Positions 47,941 to 57,775 of a DNA stretch of 64,000 nt are shown here, piece after piece. Both the position numbers and the translations under genes were made by a program. Where the stretch lies: contig OZ242281.1 in NCBI GenBank assembly GCA_965207365.1, positions 2,367,218 to 2,431,217 on the forward strand, in the 5' to 3' direction. Origin of the DNA: Dehalococcoidia bacterium (GTDB lineage Bacteria > Chloroflexota > Dehalococcoidia > Bin125). The first letter of the stretch is position 1; every line of letters starts with the position of its first letter. The notes under the pieces are model-generated. The model searched no databases. It was given only the letters and a program-made list of their open reading frames with translations, and was not told where the DNA came from.

Positions 47941-48845
47941 TAGCCGAAGAATCCGCCGCCGGTGACGGCGGGCTTGAACAGTTCTTCGATCTGCTCGGCG
48001 GCGCCTTCAGGGGTCCAGCGCTGGGTGCCACGTACCTGGCGGATCACAGCGGGCTTGTTGAAGAGCTGCAGCTCGTAACCGGACGCGCCGACGATTTGGC
48101 CTGTGAGCCAGTCGGACTCCTCAGAGGCCATGTAGACCAGCGGCACGGCGACGTTGGCCGGCGAGCGCTGCGGGTCTTCCTCTGCCGAGTCGCCGACGTC
48201 GCTGCCGGCGCGGCGTCGCTCTTCCGGCACGGTGTCGGTCATGCGGGTCGAAGCGCCGGGCGAGATCGCGTTGGCGGTCGCGCCGTAGCGACCGAGCGCG
48301 TTGGCGCAGCTATAGGTGAAGCCGACGATGCCCATCTTGGCCGCCGCGTAGTTGGGTTGACCGGGAGCGCCGAAGATGCCGGAGACCGAGGAGAAGTTGA
48401 TCAGTCGGTAGTGGCCCTTGCGCTCGGAGCGCCAATGGATCGAGGCGTACTTGGTCAGGTTGAAGTGACCCTTCATGTGTACGGCGACGACGGCGTCCCA
48501 TTCCGCTTCGGTCATATTGAAGACCATGCGGTCGCGCAGGATGCCGGCCGTGTTGACGACGATGTCGAGGTCGCCGAAGTTGTCGAGGGCATCCTTGACG
48601 ATGCCTTCGGCGGCGTTGTAGTCGGAGACCGAGGAGTAGTTGGCGACGGCTTCGCCACCAGCGTCGCGAATCGCTGCGACGACTTCGTCGGCTGGCGCAG
48701 CGGCTCCGCCGGAGCCGTCAACGGCGCCGCCGAGGTCGTTAACCACGACCTTCGCGCCTTGCGAAGCAAACAACTTGGCCGTTTCGGCCCCAATTCCGCG
48801 TCCTGCGCCGGTGACAATCGCCACTCGGCCGTCAAGCATCCCCAT
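47940..48845 (-). CDS. SDR-family oxidoreductase, tandem paralog
   Basis: About 70% identical to 46961-47871 (MGMLDGRVAIVTGAGRGIGAETAKLFASQGAKVVVNDLGG...). Confidence 0.9.
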   Translation of the reverse strand: MGMLDGRVAIVTGAGRGIGAETAKLFASQGAKVVVNDLGGAVDGSGGAAAPADEVVAAIRDAGGEAVANYSSVSDYNAAEGIVKDALDNFGDLDIVVNTAGILRDRMVFNMTEAEWDAVVAVHMKGHFNLTKYASIHWRSERKGHYRLINFSSVSGIFGAPGQPNYAAAKMGIVGFTYSCANALGRYGATANAISPGASTRMTDTVPEERRRAGSDVGDSAEEDPQRSPANVAVPLVYMASEESDWLTGQIVGASGYELQLFNKPAVIRQVRGTQRWTPEGAAEQIEELFKPAVTGGGFFG

Positions 48846-49015
48846 GTGGTGTTCCTCTCAGCCCGCGGCGCTGTTCAGTGAAGCTCGCGGGAAAATTTTC
48901 ACAGGTGGACTCAGGTTACCATCGTGGATCGCTAGCTTCCGTCCGAGCAGTTCTGCCGATTTGCTCTCACCCCATGGGCGACTTGCGCGCAACGCAGTCG
49001 TTGAAGTGTCACCCA

Positions 49016-49115
49016 CCCTGTAGGGGCGACCCTTGTGGTCGCCCGCGTTGGCGATGGCAACACTGACCAGATAAGGCCAACAGCGCGGGCGACCACAAGG
49101 GTCGCCCCTACAGGG
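49016..49115. repeat. Long palindromic element, second copy (CCCTGTAGGGGCGACCCTTGTGGTCGCCCGCG ... CGCGGGCGACCACAAGGGTCGCCCCTACAGGG)
   Basis: 32-bp perfect arms with a 36-bp spacer. Same family as 7544-7624. Confidence 0.85.
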
Positions 49116-49134
49116 ATCCAGGCTGACCGGGCCT

Positions 49135-49494
49135 CTAGTGCCGGGGACCACGACGATTGGGGTCGGGCGAGGAATCGGACAGTGTTCGTGCGCCGGGCGT
49201 CTCTTCGATGACCGGCTCAAACAGTCCGAGCTGGGGCGGACCGGTCAGGACTCCGGCGAGGGTGCCCTGGGCGTGGCCCTTTCGGAACGCTTCCGACTGG
49301 GTCCAGGCGTGAAAGGCTGACGCGTCTTCCCAGGCTGAGTAGGAGATGTAGTCACCGGGTTCTGCTCCGCGGAGCAGCATGAATTGCACGAATCCCGGGA
49401 CTTCCTGGAGGTAGCTCTCTCGCTCTTTCCAGATCTGTTCCCACTCGGACTCGCGCTCGACATTGACACTGAAGCGGTTCATGGCCAGATACAT
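49135..49494 (-). CDS. ABM-domain (antibiotic-biosynthesis-monooxygenase-like) protein
   Basis: 119 aa. MYLAMNRFSVN...FVQFMLLR...SYSAWEDASAFHAW is a ferredoxin-like split beta-alpha-beta pattern. Confidence 0.6.
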   Translation of the reverse strand: MYLAMNRFSVNVERESEWEQIWKERESYLQEVPGFVQFMLLRGAEPGDYISYSAWEDASAFHAWTQSEAFRKGHAQGTLAGVLTGPPQLGLFEPVIEETPGARTLSDSSPDPNRRGPRH

Positions 49495-49571
49495 GGTTCG
49501 CTCGAATTCTGTAAGAGATGAACGGATGGTCGCCGCGTCGAGGGTCCGATCGGCGCATAGACTGAGTCTAG

Positions 49572-49943
49572 ATGAAGCGCCAAATTGTCCTGTTCACCTG
49601 CCTCACTGCTGCGGTCGCCGTGGCGGTTCTGTTGCGCACGGCCTCGCCAAACCTGGGCCCTGCAGCGCAAGTTGCAGAAGGCGCAGGCAACCAGGAGCAA
49701 CTGTCCGTCGCCCTGATCGACGACTGCACGATCACTCCGGAACAAGCGCCGCAACTGGCGTCGTCGGACGCGGCGCAGCCGGTCCCGGCGGCGCCAGTTG
49801 GCATTGCCGACGTCGCTGTATCGCGGATTGCCGATGCGCGCACGAACGCTGTTGCGCCGCCTGCCGATGCGACGGTTCCTCGACCTCAACACCAGTCCTT
49901 CCGGATCACGATTCGTCCGCCTCCCGCGTCTTCCGTTGTCTAG
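49572..49943 (+). CDS. Small secreted Ala/Pro-rich protein (hypothetical)
   Basis: Signal peptide MKRQIVLFTCLTAAVAVAVLL. Confidence 0.35.
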   Translation: MKRQIVLFTCLTAAVAVAVLLRTASPNLGPAAQVAEGAGNQEQLSVALIDDCTITPEQAPQLASSDAAQPVPAAPVGIADVAVSRIADARTNAVAPPADATVPRPQHQSFRITIRPPPASSVV

Positions 49944-49994
49944 TCGCTTTCTCGGACCGAGCACGCATTTGCCGTGCGATGAAAGTGTGACTCT

Positions 49995-50534
49995 GTGAAG
50001 ATGCTGTTGGCAGTGATGAGCGTGTTGACGATGCTGGCGTTCGCGATTGGGCTCAGCGCCTGCACTGGAACGGATAGCGACGCCATTGACGAAGTTCGAA
50101 CTGACGCGGCGCTGGCCACCGAGGCTGGCCAGCGAGCGCAGGTGCTAGCGGCGTTGGAGCCGTTGAATCCATTGCGATACCACCAGCTCGACCGGATCAT
50201 CCGCGAGGAACACCAGATTCCGGCGGACGCCGTAGTCTGGGCGACCAGGGCTCGAGAGGTGCTCTCCTGGGTCGATTGGCCACACGAACTCCACGGCCAC
50301 GTTGAGCAATACGCGGAATGGCTCGACTCCCTCCTGGCCGCATTCCGCGAGGACGATGCAATGGCGGCGTCCGAACCATCGAAAATTACGCACGCGCTCG
50401 CCCATACCTTCGAGTCGACGCTTGAAGCCTGGCTGAGCAACGAGTCTCTCCCCGATGTTCCAGCATTAGCTGGACTTGAGCCTCCGACGCACGGCGAGAA
50501 CGGCAATGCTCAACACGACGCGCATAGCGAGTAA
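49995..50534 (+). CDS. Putative lipoprotein (hypothetical)
   Basis: Lipobox LSAC after a signal peptide (MKMLLAVMSVLTMLAFAIGLSAC). Confidence 0.45.
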   Translation: MKMLLAVMSVLTMLAFAIGLSACTGTDSDAIDEVRTDAALATEAGQRAQVLAALEPLNPLRYHQLDRIIREEHQIPADAVVWATRAREVLSWVDWPHELHGHVEQYAEWLDSLLAAFREDDAMAASEPSKITHALAHTFESTLEAWLSNESLPDVPALAGLEPPTHGENGNAQHDAHSE

Positions 50535-51204
50535 AGCCTGCTGGCAGCGCTTGTGGGCAGCGCTGGCGCTGGCCGTCGCAGCCTGCTGGCTGCAGGTCTC
50601 CGACGTCTCGGCGCATGCTGCGTATGAGTCATCGAGTCCGTTGTTTGGAGAAGTCCTCACGCAGTCTCCGTCCGAGATCAGTGTCCGCTTCACTCAAGAG
50701 CTGTTCCGTCGAGCCGGCGCCAACTCTCTGACACTGCAACAAGTTCGTGGAGATGTTGTCGACGAATGGGATCTTCCAGAGCCAGAGATCGGAAACGAAG
50801 ATCGTCACGTCATGCGACTGATCGTTGATGTGGAACTGAGACCGGGTCGCTATGTGGTGTCATGGACCAACCTGTCGGCCGAGGACGGGGACTCGGATTC
50901 GGGGTCGTATCCGTTCTACGTATCGAGGCAACCGGAGGATGACGAGATCGAGCTGGACCGGCTGATCGCTGCTGAGCTCCTGATCGCTTATCCAGGAGAT
51001 GACGTCGAGCAAGCGGAGCCTGAGGTTGCCAATCCGTCGGCTTCCCCGACAGTCGTGCGGACTCAGTCGGCGAACGATGTGAGTCTGGGTGTCGGACCTG
51101 TCATCTGGTTGATTGTTGGACTTGCTGCAGCGCTCATGCTTGGATTGACTCTTGTGCTTCGGCGGACGCGGTGGAGGCGAGCTGGGCAGAGGCGAGCCGA
51201 ATGA
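50506..51204 (+). CDS. copC: CopC-domain copper-binding protein with a C-terminal TM anchor
   Basis: SAHAAYESSSPLFGEVL...ISVRFT is the CopC H-x-x-(S)-P signature after a signal peptide. The C-terminal TM is PVIWLIVGLAAALMLGLTLVL. Confidence 0.72.
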   Translation: MLNTTRIASKACWQRLWAALALAVAACWLQVSDVSAHAAYESSSPLFGEVLTQSPSEISVRFTQELFRRAGANSLTLQQVRGDVVDEWDLPEPEIGNEDRHVMRLIVDVELRPGRYVVSWTNLSAEDGDSDSGSYPFYVSRQPEDDEIELDRLIAAELLIAYPGDDVEQAEPEVANPSASPTVVRTQSANDVSLGVGPVIWLIVGLAAALMLGLTLVLRRTRWRRAGQRRAE

Positions 51205-52220
51205 AACTGCGAATCGTCGTCTTGTCGTTGTTGTCATTGTTGCCGTTAGCGACGTTGTTCGGCGCTTGTGGCAGCGGCAGCGAACGGGTCGTTGAACAAC
51301 GCATTCCCGCGCCTGGGACGTTGGTCTATACGCAAGGCGTCGACTTGTGGATCCAGGACGAAGATGGAGCTCGTTTGCTGATGGCAGCGGGCCAGGATCA
51401 GCAGCTGTTGCATCCTGCCATCTCACCCGACGGTGTACGCGTGGCTTACGTCGTGTTCCAACTGACGCAAGCTGAGGGAGCGACGATTGGCACTGATCTG
51501 GCGATTGCCGATCTCAGAAATCCTGAACAGCAGATTGTAGTCGAACACACGAAACAGGCGGAGTTCATCTGGAATCCGCGCTGGTCGCCCGATGGCGGAT
51601 CGCTGATCTTTACTCACGAACCCGGCGAGCTGCTGATTCGGATCGCTCGCCTTGATCTGCAACGCGGTGTGGTTGACATTCTGCGTGAGGATGCCCGCGA
51701 CGCCGACATTTCGGCGGATGGCTCACGGATCGTGTTTGTCAGTGCGCCCTACAGCGGCGATCCGCACCTGGTCGCCAGAGACCTTGTGGACGGCTCGGAA
51801 CTTGTGCTCGATCCCGAGCGCGAATGGCAGCCTCGACCGTATCGCATTCCTCGATTCGTGCCTGACGCTAGCGCCGTGGTGTTCTCGGCCGGGCAGTTTC
51901 TGCCGCAGGTTTCGGTGAATGCACTCGGTCTGAATGGGCCTGAAGACTTGTGGGTGGTCGATCTCGAGACTCGAGCGCTTCTGCAGATTGCGGCGATTGG
52001 CGAAGATCAACCTGATTTTGCGATGTCGGACGATGGACGTCATGTGCTCGTCATGGGAGCCTTCGGCATCTATCTCGTGACGACCGATGCGACCGATCCT
52101 CCGTATGCCATTGCGCCCGGAGAGTTCCATGGCGGCATCGACTGGCTCGGCGTCGTCGATGACGAGGAGTGGGCGGCGATTCGCGAGTCGGTGTTCCAGA
52201 TTCAGGATTCCTCGCAATGA
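51201..52220 (+). CDS. PD40/TolB-like WD40 beta-propeller lipoprotein
   Basis: ATGA overlap with copC. Lipobox LFGAC. Repeated ISPDG..VAY / WSPDGGSLIF / ISADGSRIVF PD40 motifs. Confidence 0.62.
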   Translation: MKLRIVVLSLLSLLPLATLFGACGSGSERVVEQRIPAPGTLVYTQGVDLWIQDEDGARLLMAAGQDQQLLHPAISPDGVRVAYVVFQLTQAEGATIGTDLAIADLRNPEQQIVVEHTKQAEFIWNPRWSPDGGSLIFTHEPGELLIRIARLDLQRGVVDILREDARDADISADGSRIVFVSAPYSGDPHLVARDLVDGSELVLDPEREWQPRPYRIPRFVPDASAVVFSAGQFLPQVSVNALGLNGPEDLWVVDLETRALLQIAAIGEDQPDFAMSDDGRHVLVMGAFGIYLVTTDATDPPYAIAPGEFHGGIDWLGVVDDEEWAAIRESVFQIQDSSQ

Positions 52221-54436
52221 GACGGCTGGGTCTGCTGGGTCTGCTGGCTCTACTGGTCGCAGCGTCGATCGGCTTGGTGGTGGGGATCCTCAGTTCGACT
52301 GGCACAGCCGATGCTCATGCTCTGCTCGCTCGTGCCGATCCGCCGATCAACGCCTCGCTGCGTGAGTCGCCGACCCGGATCACGTTGTTCATGACCGAGC
52401 AGCTACAGCGCAGCCACAGCTCGGTCCAGATTCTCGATAGCGCCGGCCAACGGCGCGACATTGGCGGGACTGAGTTCTCCGACGCCGTCCCCACGCAGAT
52501 GAGCGTCGGCGTGCTGCGACTCGACCCTGGTGTCTACACAGTCGTCTGGGAGACGCTGTCCGAAGTTGACGGTCATACCTGGACCGGGTCGTATGTGTTC
52601 TCGGTGCTGAATCCGGATGGTTCGGCTCCGGCGGGCAGCGGTGTGGTTGTCGACCTCAATCGTCCTGGTCCGCCGATTGCGGCCGATGCTGTTGTCAAGG
52701 CGATCGGGCTTGTGGCGCTGGTGGTGTTCGTGGGGGCGGTGGTGATGTCGCTTGTGCTGAAACCGTCTCCGCTCTCGACACTGTTGCCACTCATGGCGAC
52801 GATGGTCTTGCTCGGTGTCGCGACTACCGGCTATGAAGCCATCGCCGGCGCGCTGCGTCTCGGTGAGATTGGCTTCCTGGGCGACGTCCTGTTTGATACT
52901 CGGAACGGGCTCTGGCTGCAGCAGCGCTGGTATGTGCTGATCGTTGCGGCTCTGGCGGTCAGTTTGCGGTTCATTCGTCCGGCGGCGCTGGGTGACAACG
53001 GATTGCGGGCACTGCTGTTTGTGCTGGCTGTCGCGTGGTTGGCCTCGACCGCGGCGATATCTCACGGCGCGGCCGTCGGCTCAGGATGGATCTGGGGCAC
53101 GCTGTTCGATGCCTTGCACCTGGCTGCTGCAGCGGTCTGGATTGGCAGTCTGATCAGTCTGCTCTTGACGCTGCGGTCCCGCCCCGACGAGCGCGTGGAG
53201 TTGGTCCGGCGATTCTCGATATTGGCCGTGTCGACCGTGCCCATCCTCGCCGCCGCCGGTCTGATTTCGGCGTTGATCCAGATTCCTCAAGTCAGCGGTC
53301 TGCTTGAGACCGATTGGGGACTGGCGTTCCTGATAAAGATTGTTGTCTTACTTGCGCTGTTCGCTGCCGCAGGCGCAAATGCGTTCCTCTTGAGGCCTCG
53401 CGACGCTGCGGAGGCGGGAGGTGATTCCGGCCTCGCCAGACGGTTCTCGATGCTGATGCGGGTCGAGGCCGTGTTGGGTCTCGCGGTGATCGCGGCTTCT
53501 GCTGTGTTGACTCAGCTTCCGTCGCCCGCCAGCGCTCAGCCGGAGATTGAACAGAAGGACAACACGATTGTCGAGACGGTCGCTCGGGGCGACATTGTCG
53601 CCTCGCTCGAGGTCTCGCCAAATCTGGTCGGATTCAACACCTGGACCGCGACGATCGAGGATCCTGCGGACAATCCGGTAGAGGATCTACTGCTTCGCTT
53701 CCGCTACCAGGATCCGAGCGTAGGCCCGGTGACGGTTAGGACTGAGCCTCTTGGCGATGGCCGATTCCGGCTCGACGGCGCCTACTTTGGCCTGCCCGGA
53801 GAGTGGACGATCGAGATGGAATTGCGCCGCGCGTCGGGCGATGACTTCGTGGTCGCCGTGTTGAGCGATGTGGAGTCCGGGTTCCAGGCGTCGCCGTTTG
53901 CCGCCGACCGTGGCGGCGCGCTGGCCTTGCCACTGACACAGATGGACTGGAACGGCGTGGGCGCGCTGTGGGCATTCGTGATTGGCGGACTGGCCTGGAT
54001 CAATCGGCCTCGCCTGCGAGCCGCGTTCGGTCCGCGAGCGGCTGACGGCGCGTTTGTTTCGGGACTGCTGGGATTGATCGTCGCCGTGGTGCTGCTGACC
54101 GGCTTGCACGTCGAGCCGGGACGCACGCTGGCCAATCCGGTCGAGCGGACGGCTGAGTCGGTCGTACGTGGCGCCGGCCTGTTTGCCGCCAATTGCGCCT
54201 CCTGCCACGGGGATACCGGAGCCGGCGATGGTCCGTTGGCGGATTCGTTGCCTGCGCCGCCGGCCAACTTCACAGTGCATGTGCCATTCCATCCCGACGG
54301 CGTACTGTTCGCCTGGATCACGGACGGGATTCGAGGCACCGGGATGCCGGCCTGGTCGCCGCAACTGTCCGACCAGGAGCGCTGGGATCTCGTCAATTTC
54401 TTGCGGGCCAGTTTTGATGTTCCGGGCGCCCAATGA
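52217..54436 (+). CDS. CopC-CopD fusion membrane protein with a C-terminal cytochrome c domain
   Basis: ATGA overlap with the upstream gene. The N-terminus is CopC-like (AHALLARADPPINASL), followed by about 8 TM helices (CopD-like) and then CASCHG (a CxxCH heme motif). Confidence 0.78.
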   Translation: MRRLGLLGLLALLVAASIGLVVGILSSTGTADAHALLARADPPINASLRESPTRITLFMTEQLQRSHSSVQILDSAGQRRDIGGTEFSDAVPTQMSVGVLRLDPGVYTVVWETLSEVDGHTWTGSYVFSVLNPDGSAPAGSGVVVDLNRPGPPIAADAVVKAIGLVALVVFVGAVVMSLVLKPSPLSTLLPLMATMVLLGVATTGYEAIAGALRLGEIGFLGDVLFDTRNGLWLQQRWYVLIVAALAVSLRFIRPAALGDNGLRALLFVLAVAWLASTAAISHGAAVGSGWIWGTLFDALHLAAAAVWIGSLISLLLTLRSRPDERVELVRRFSILAVSTVPILAAAGLISALIQIPQVSGLLETDWGLAFLIKIVVLLALFAAAGANAFLLRPRDAAEAGGDSGLARRFSMLMRVEAVLGLAVIAASAVLTQLPSPASAQPEIEQKDNTIVETVARGDIVASLEVSPNLVGFNTWTATIEDPADNPVEDLLLRFRYQDPSVGPVTVRTEPLGDGRFRLDGAYFGLPGEWTIEMELRRASGDDFVVAVLSDVESGFQASPFAADRGGALALPLTQMDWNGVGALWAFVIGGLAWINRPRLRAAFGPRAADGAFVSGLLGLIVAVVLLTGLHVEPGRTLANPVERTAESVVRGAGLFAANCASCHGDTGAGDGPLADSLPAPPANFTVHVPFHPDGVLFAWITDGIRGTGMPAWSPQLSDQERWDLVNFLRASFDVPGAQ

Positions 54437-54525
54437 ACTCTGGTCAACTGATACGCTGGAGCCAACCGACTGAGACGAACGCTACTCGCTCTCGTAGTGT
54501 CGCCTCCCCTTGACAGGAACAGAAC

Positions 54526-55560
54526 ATGGTCACCGCGATAGAGAACCCGGGACTTAACCTTGACTGGCTGAACCTGGAAACTGACGAAGAGTTCGAGATC
54601 CAAGCGGGTCGTAAGGGTGTCACGCTGCAGTCGATCAACCAGCGGATGGCCGGTGCCGACGGTGTTGACCAGGCAGACTGGCGCTCGTTCGCACCACGCG
54701 GCATTGAGGCCGACCCGCGTTCCAACGCGCACGCTCGCCAGTACCGTGACAAGGGCGATGTCTGGTCCGAGTCGGCGATGCTGCTCTACGAAGAAGCGCT
54801 GCAGCGGCAGTGGTCTTCAGCGCGAGACATTCCCTGGGACACCATCGGCGACCAGCCGGACGACATCGAAAAGGCGATGTGCACGCTGTGTACGTTCCTG
54901 ACCCAGGTCGAGTTCATCGCTGGTGACGTTCCGGGCCGCTTCCTCGAGTCGGTCCACCCCGACTTCTTCGAGTCGCAGCTCTTCCTCGGTACGCAGCTCA
55001 TGGACGAAGCGCGTCACCTCGACGTGTTCCGCAAGCGCGTATTGGTCAACGGCGGCGGGATGTCGCCAGCCGGCCTTGGCGCGGTGGGCCTGCTCGCGAT
55101 TGACGACTTCACCGAGATGACCGCGATCCTGCACCTCTTCGCCGAGGGCCTGGTCCAGTCGCTCTTCCGCATGGGCGAGCTGATCGGCCAGAACGAAGCC
55201 GAGAAGCGCATGTTCCGCCTTTCGGCGCAGGACGAGTCGCGCCACCTGGCCTTCGGCGTCACGCACACCAAGTACACGGTCGAGACGCAGCCCTGGCGCA
55301 AGGAAGAACTGCACCACTACCTCGACATCAACGAGACCGTGCAGAACACCCAGGCCGGCCTGACGACGAACCCGATCACGGGTGAGGCGCTGGCCGTGCT
55401 CGCCGGCGGCGGCATCGAGTACCTCGACGAGGGCTACAACCTGGTCATGCTGATGCGCAAAAAGCAGATCAACGAGTACTACCACCGTCTACAGGTAGTC
55501 GGACTCGGCGACCGGCTCGACCGGATGGCGCCAGAGCTGCGCGAGTTGATCACCCTCTAA
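54526..55560 (+). CDS. Ferritin-like diiron-carboxylate protein (DExRH motifs), oxygenase-like
   Basis: MDEARH and QDESRH sit about 90 aa apart. 344 aa. Confidence 0.6.
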   Translation: MVTAIENPGLNLDWLNLETDEEFEIQAGRKGVTLQSINQRMAGADGVDQADWRSFAPRGIEADPRSNAHARQYRDKGDVWSESAMLLYEEALQRQWSSARDIPWDTIGDQPDDIEKAMCTLCTFLTQVEFIAGDVPGRFLESVHPDFFESQLFLGTQLMDEARHLDVFRKRVLVNGGGMSPAGLGAVGLLAIDDFTEMTAILHLFAEGLVQSLFRMGELIGQNEAEKRMFRLSAQDESRHLAFGVTHTKYTVETQPWRKEELHHYLDINETVQNTQAGLTTNPITGEALAVLAGGGIEYLDEGYNLVMLMRKKQINEYYHRLQVVGLGDRLDRMAPELRELITL

Positions 55561-55623
55561 CAGTCGGAGCCGACCGGCAGTACGTGATACGACCACCAGA
55601 CCCCGGAACAGACGGGAACCAAC

Positions 55624-56898
55624 ATGCCGCCTCTCTCACCAGCGCAGAAGATGCGCGCCCAAGTCCGCGGTTGGCCAGCCGATTTGATCGAGCGAGTTGA
55701 GAGTTCGAGCACCTCGGGCCGCCAGATCGACAACATCCTCAACATCTCGATCGAGCCCGACCGAGTCAGCAAGTGGCTCGAGTTCGTCGACGACAATCCG
55801 GAGCACCCCTTCGCGGGCGCTCAGCTAATCATGTTCGAGGACGGTGGCGAGACTGGACTCAAGCCCACCGCGTCCGAAGACGGAATGCGCTTGAGCGATG
55901 TCGACATTGGCTCCTATGGTCACGTGCCGGATGTCTGGGGTTACCGCAACGATCTTCCACGGGGGACCAAGCCAGTGCCTGGCATGTACATGCCCGCCGG
56001 ATACGCAATTTACGACCGCACGGAAATCTGGGCGGATGGCGTTTCCGACCTCTACGAAAACGCGATTCGCGACCGCTGGATTCCGGCCACCGATCTCGAT
56101 TGGGAGAATCGCGAAGAACTGGCTCCCGAGGTCGAGCGCGCGACTGGACAGATCTGCGCGGTCTACTCGACCTACGGCATCGCTGAGCAAAAGGTGATCT
56201 CGAAGTGGCTGGAGGAGATTTCCTACGGTTTCCACGAGGTCAAGTTGTTCCTTGCGACTCAGGTCTATGACGCCGGCCGCAAGGTCGAAGCGCTGCGCAA
56301 GCGCGCGTTGCATGGTTCGGGGATTATCGGAAAGGCGCCGCTCTCGGATGTTTCCGAGTCCTGGTACAACGCGCTGACCTTCACCGACATGATCATCGCG
56401 TTGGACGTGGTCTACAAGTCCTACGAGTTGACCGCGTTCGAGTGCGCGACCGACTGGGCGCGCTCCGACTTCGACCGGGACCTCTTCGCCCGGCTGGCCG
56501 AGGACAGCAAGCGACACCTTGAGTATGGTCTCAAGCACCTCGAGTGGTACAACCGCTATGGTGAACGCGCCGAGATGGAGTTGCCGATCTTCTTCATCAA
56601 GGCCGAAAGCGGTCTCGCTTCTGAGATGGCGCAGTCGCCGATCGAGCGCGAAGCGCTGGCGGTGCTCTATGCCGATGGCGTCGAACGACTCGATGCGGGA
56701 GTCGAAGAGTTGCGCAAGCTGCGCGAGAAGCAGTACCACGATTACCTGCATCGCCTGCACGATCACGGATTCAACCGGATCGGCGAGGCCGCGGGCATTC
56801 TCGGTCTGGCTACGCAGGACCCGTTGCTCAAGGCGCTCACTCCCGAGGCATTGACCGAGGGAGCGACAGCAGGCACCACGGCGACGGACCGCGACTAG
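55624..56898 (+). CDS. Ferritin-like protein, paralog of 54526-55560 with a degenerate first metal motif
   Basis: The first motif reads DAGRK (E and H lost) and the second reads DSKRH. 424 aa. Confidence 0.55.
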   Translation: MPPLSPAQKMRAQVRGWPADLIERVESSSTSGRQIDNILNISIEPDRVSKWLEFVDDNPEHPFAGAQLIMFEDGGETGLKPTASEDGMRLSDVDIGSYGHVPDVWGYRNDLPRGTKPVPGMYMPAGYAIYDRTEIWADGVSDLYENAIRDRWIPATDLDWENREELAPEVERATGQICAVYSTYGIAEQKVISKWLEEISYGFHEVKLFLATQVYDAGRKVEALRKRALHGSGIIGKAPLSDVSESWYNALTFTDMIIALDVVYKSYELTAFECATDWARSDFDRDLFARLAEDSKRHLEYGLKHLEWYNRYGERAEMELPIFFIKAESGLASEMAQSPIEREALAVLYADGVERLDAGVEELRKLREKQYHDYLHRLHDHGFNRIGEAAGILGLATQDPLLKALTPEALTEGATAGTTATDRD

Positions 56899-56946
56899 CT
56901 GAGTCCGGCCAATCGCGGACGCCAGGTTCTCGCGTATCATTGCGCC

Positions 56947-57753
56947 GTGAGTTCCCCAGCGATCGAGCTGAACTACGAGATTGCCGGCCCGTCCGACGGC
57001 AGGCCGGTGCTGTTCGTGCACGGCATCCTGACCTGTCGCGCGCACTGGCTGCTCAACCTTCCCGCGTTTCATGAAGCGGGATTTCGCAGTGTCACCGTCG
57101 AACTGTTTGGGCACGGTTCCTCGCCTGCGCCCGAGGACGAGGACGCTTACCACCCGGACCGCTACGTCGACCGCTTTAGCGCTCTGCGCGAACTCGTCGC
57201 TGCGGAGCGATGGTTTGTGGTGGGTCAGTCACTGGGCGCTGCCTTGACACTGAACTACGCAATGACACGTCCCGATGAGGTCATCGCGCATGTCGTGACC
57301 AACTCACATTCGGCTTTCGGTGAACCGAACCGAATCGGCAACCCGGAGGCAGCGCAGGAACGGGCGCAACTGATGATCGATGGCGGAATCGACGCGATCA
57401 TGAAGCATCCGCTGAACCCGCGGCGAGCCAGAGCATTTGATGCCGAACGTCGATTGCAGTTCGACGACGCGATGTTGCTCAGCACACCGGCCGGCATCGC
57501 TCGAACCATGTTGCACACATCGCCACATACCCCGTTGCGCCATCGGCTCCCATCGAATCCGGTGCAGACTCTACTGATCGCCGGCGATCGCGAAGAAGGC
57601 TTCACACCTGCGCGCGAATGGGTGGAGGCCAATGCGGCCAATTTCCGAGTTGAGCGTGTCTCGGCAACGCACGCGGTCAACATCAGCGCCGCCGATGACT
57701 TCAATCGAATCGCGCTAGCGTTCTTTGAACGACGACAGGCACAGCAACCATAA
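56947..57753 (+). CDS. Alpha/beta hydrolase
   Basis: VLFVHGIL, the nucleophile elbow VVGQSLGA, and a C-terminal His. Confidence 0.75.
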   Translation: MSSPAIELNYEIAGPSDGRPVLFVHGILTCRAHWLLNLPAFHEAGFRSVTVELFGHGSSPAPEDEDAYHPDRYVDRFSALRELVAAERWFVVGQSLGAALTLNYAMTRPDEVIAHVVTNSHSAFGEPNRIGNPEAAQERAQLMIDGGIDAIMKHPLNPRRARAFDAERRLQFDDAMLLSTPAGIARTMLHTSPHTPLRHRLPSNPVQTLLIAGDREEGFTPAREWVEANAANFRVERVSATHAVNISAADDFNRIALAFFERRQAQQP

Positions 57754-57775
57754 GTTTCTTGCACAGGAGGTAGAC

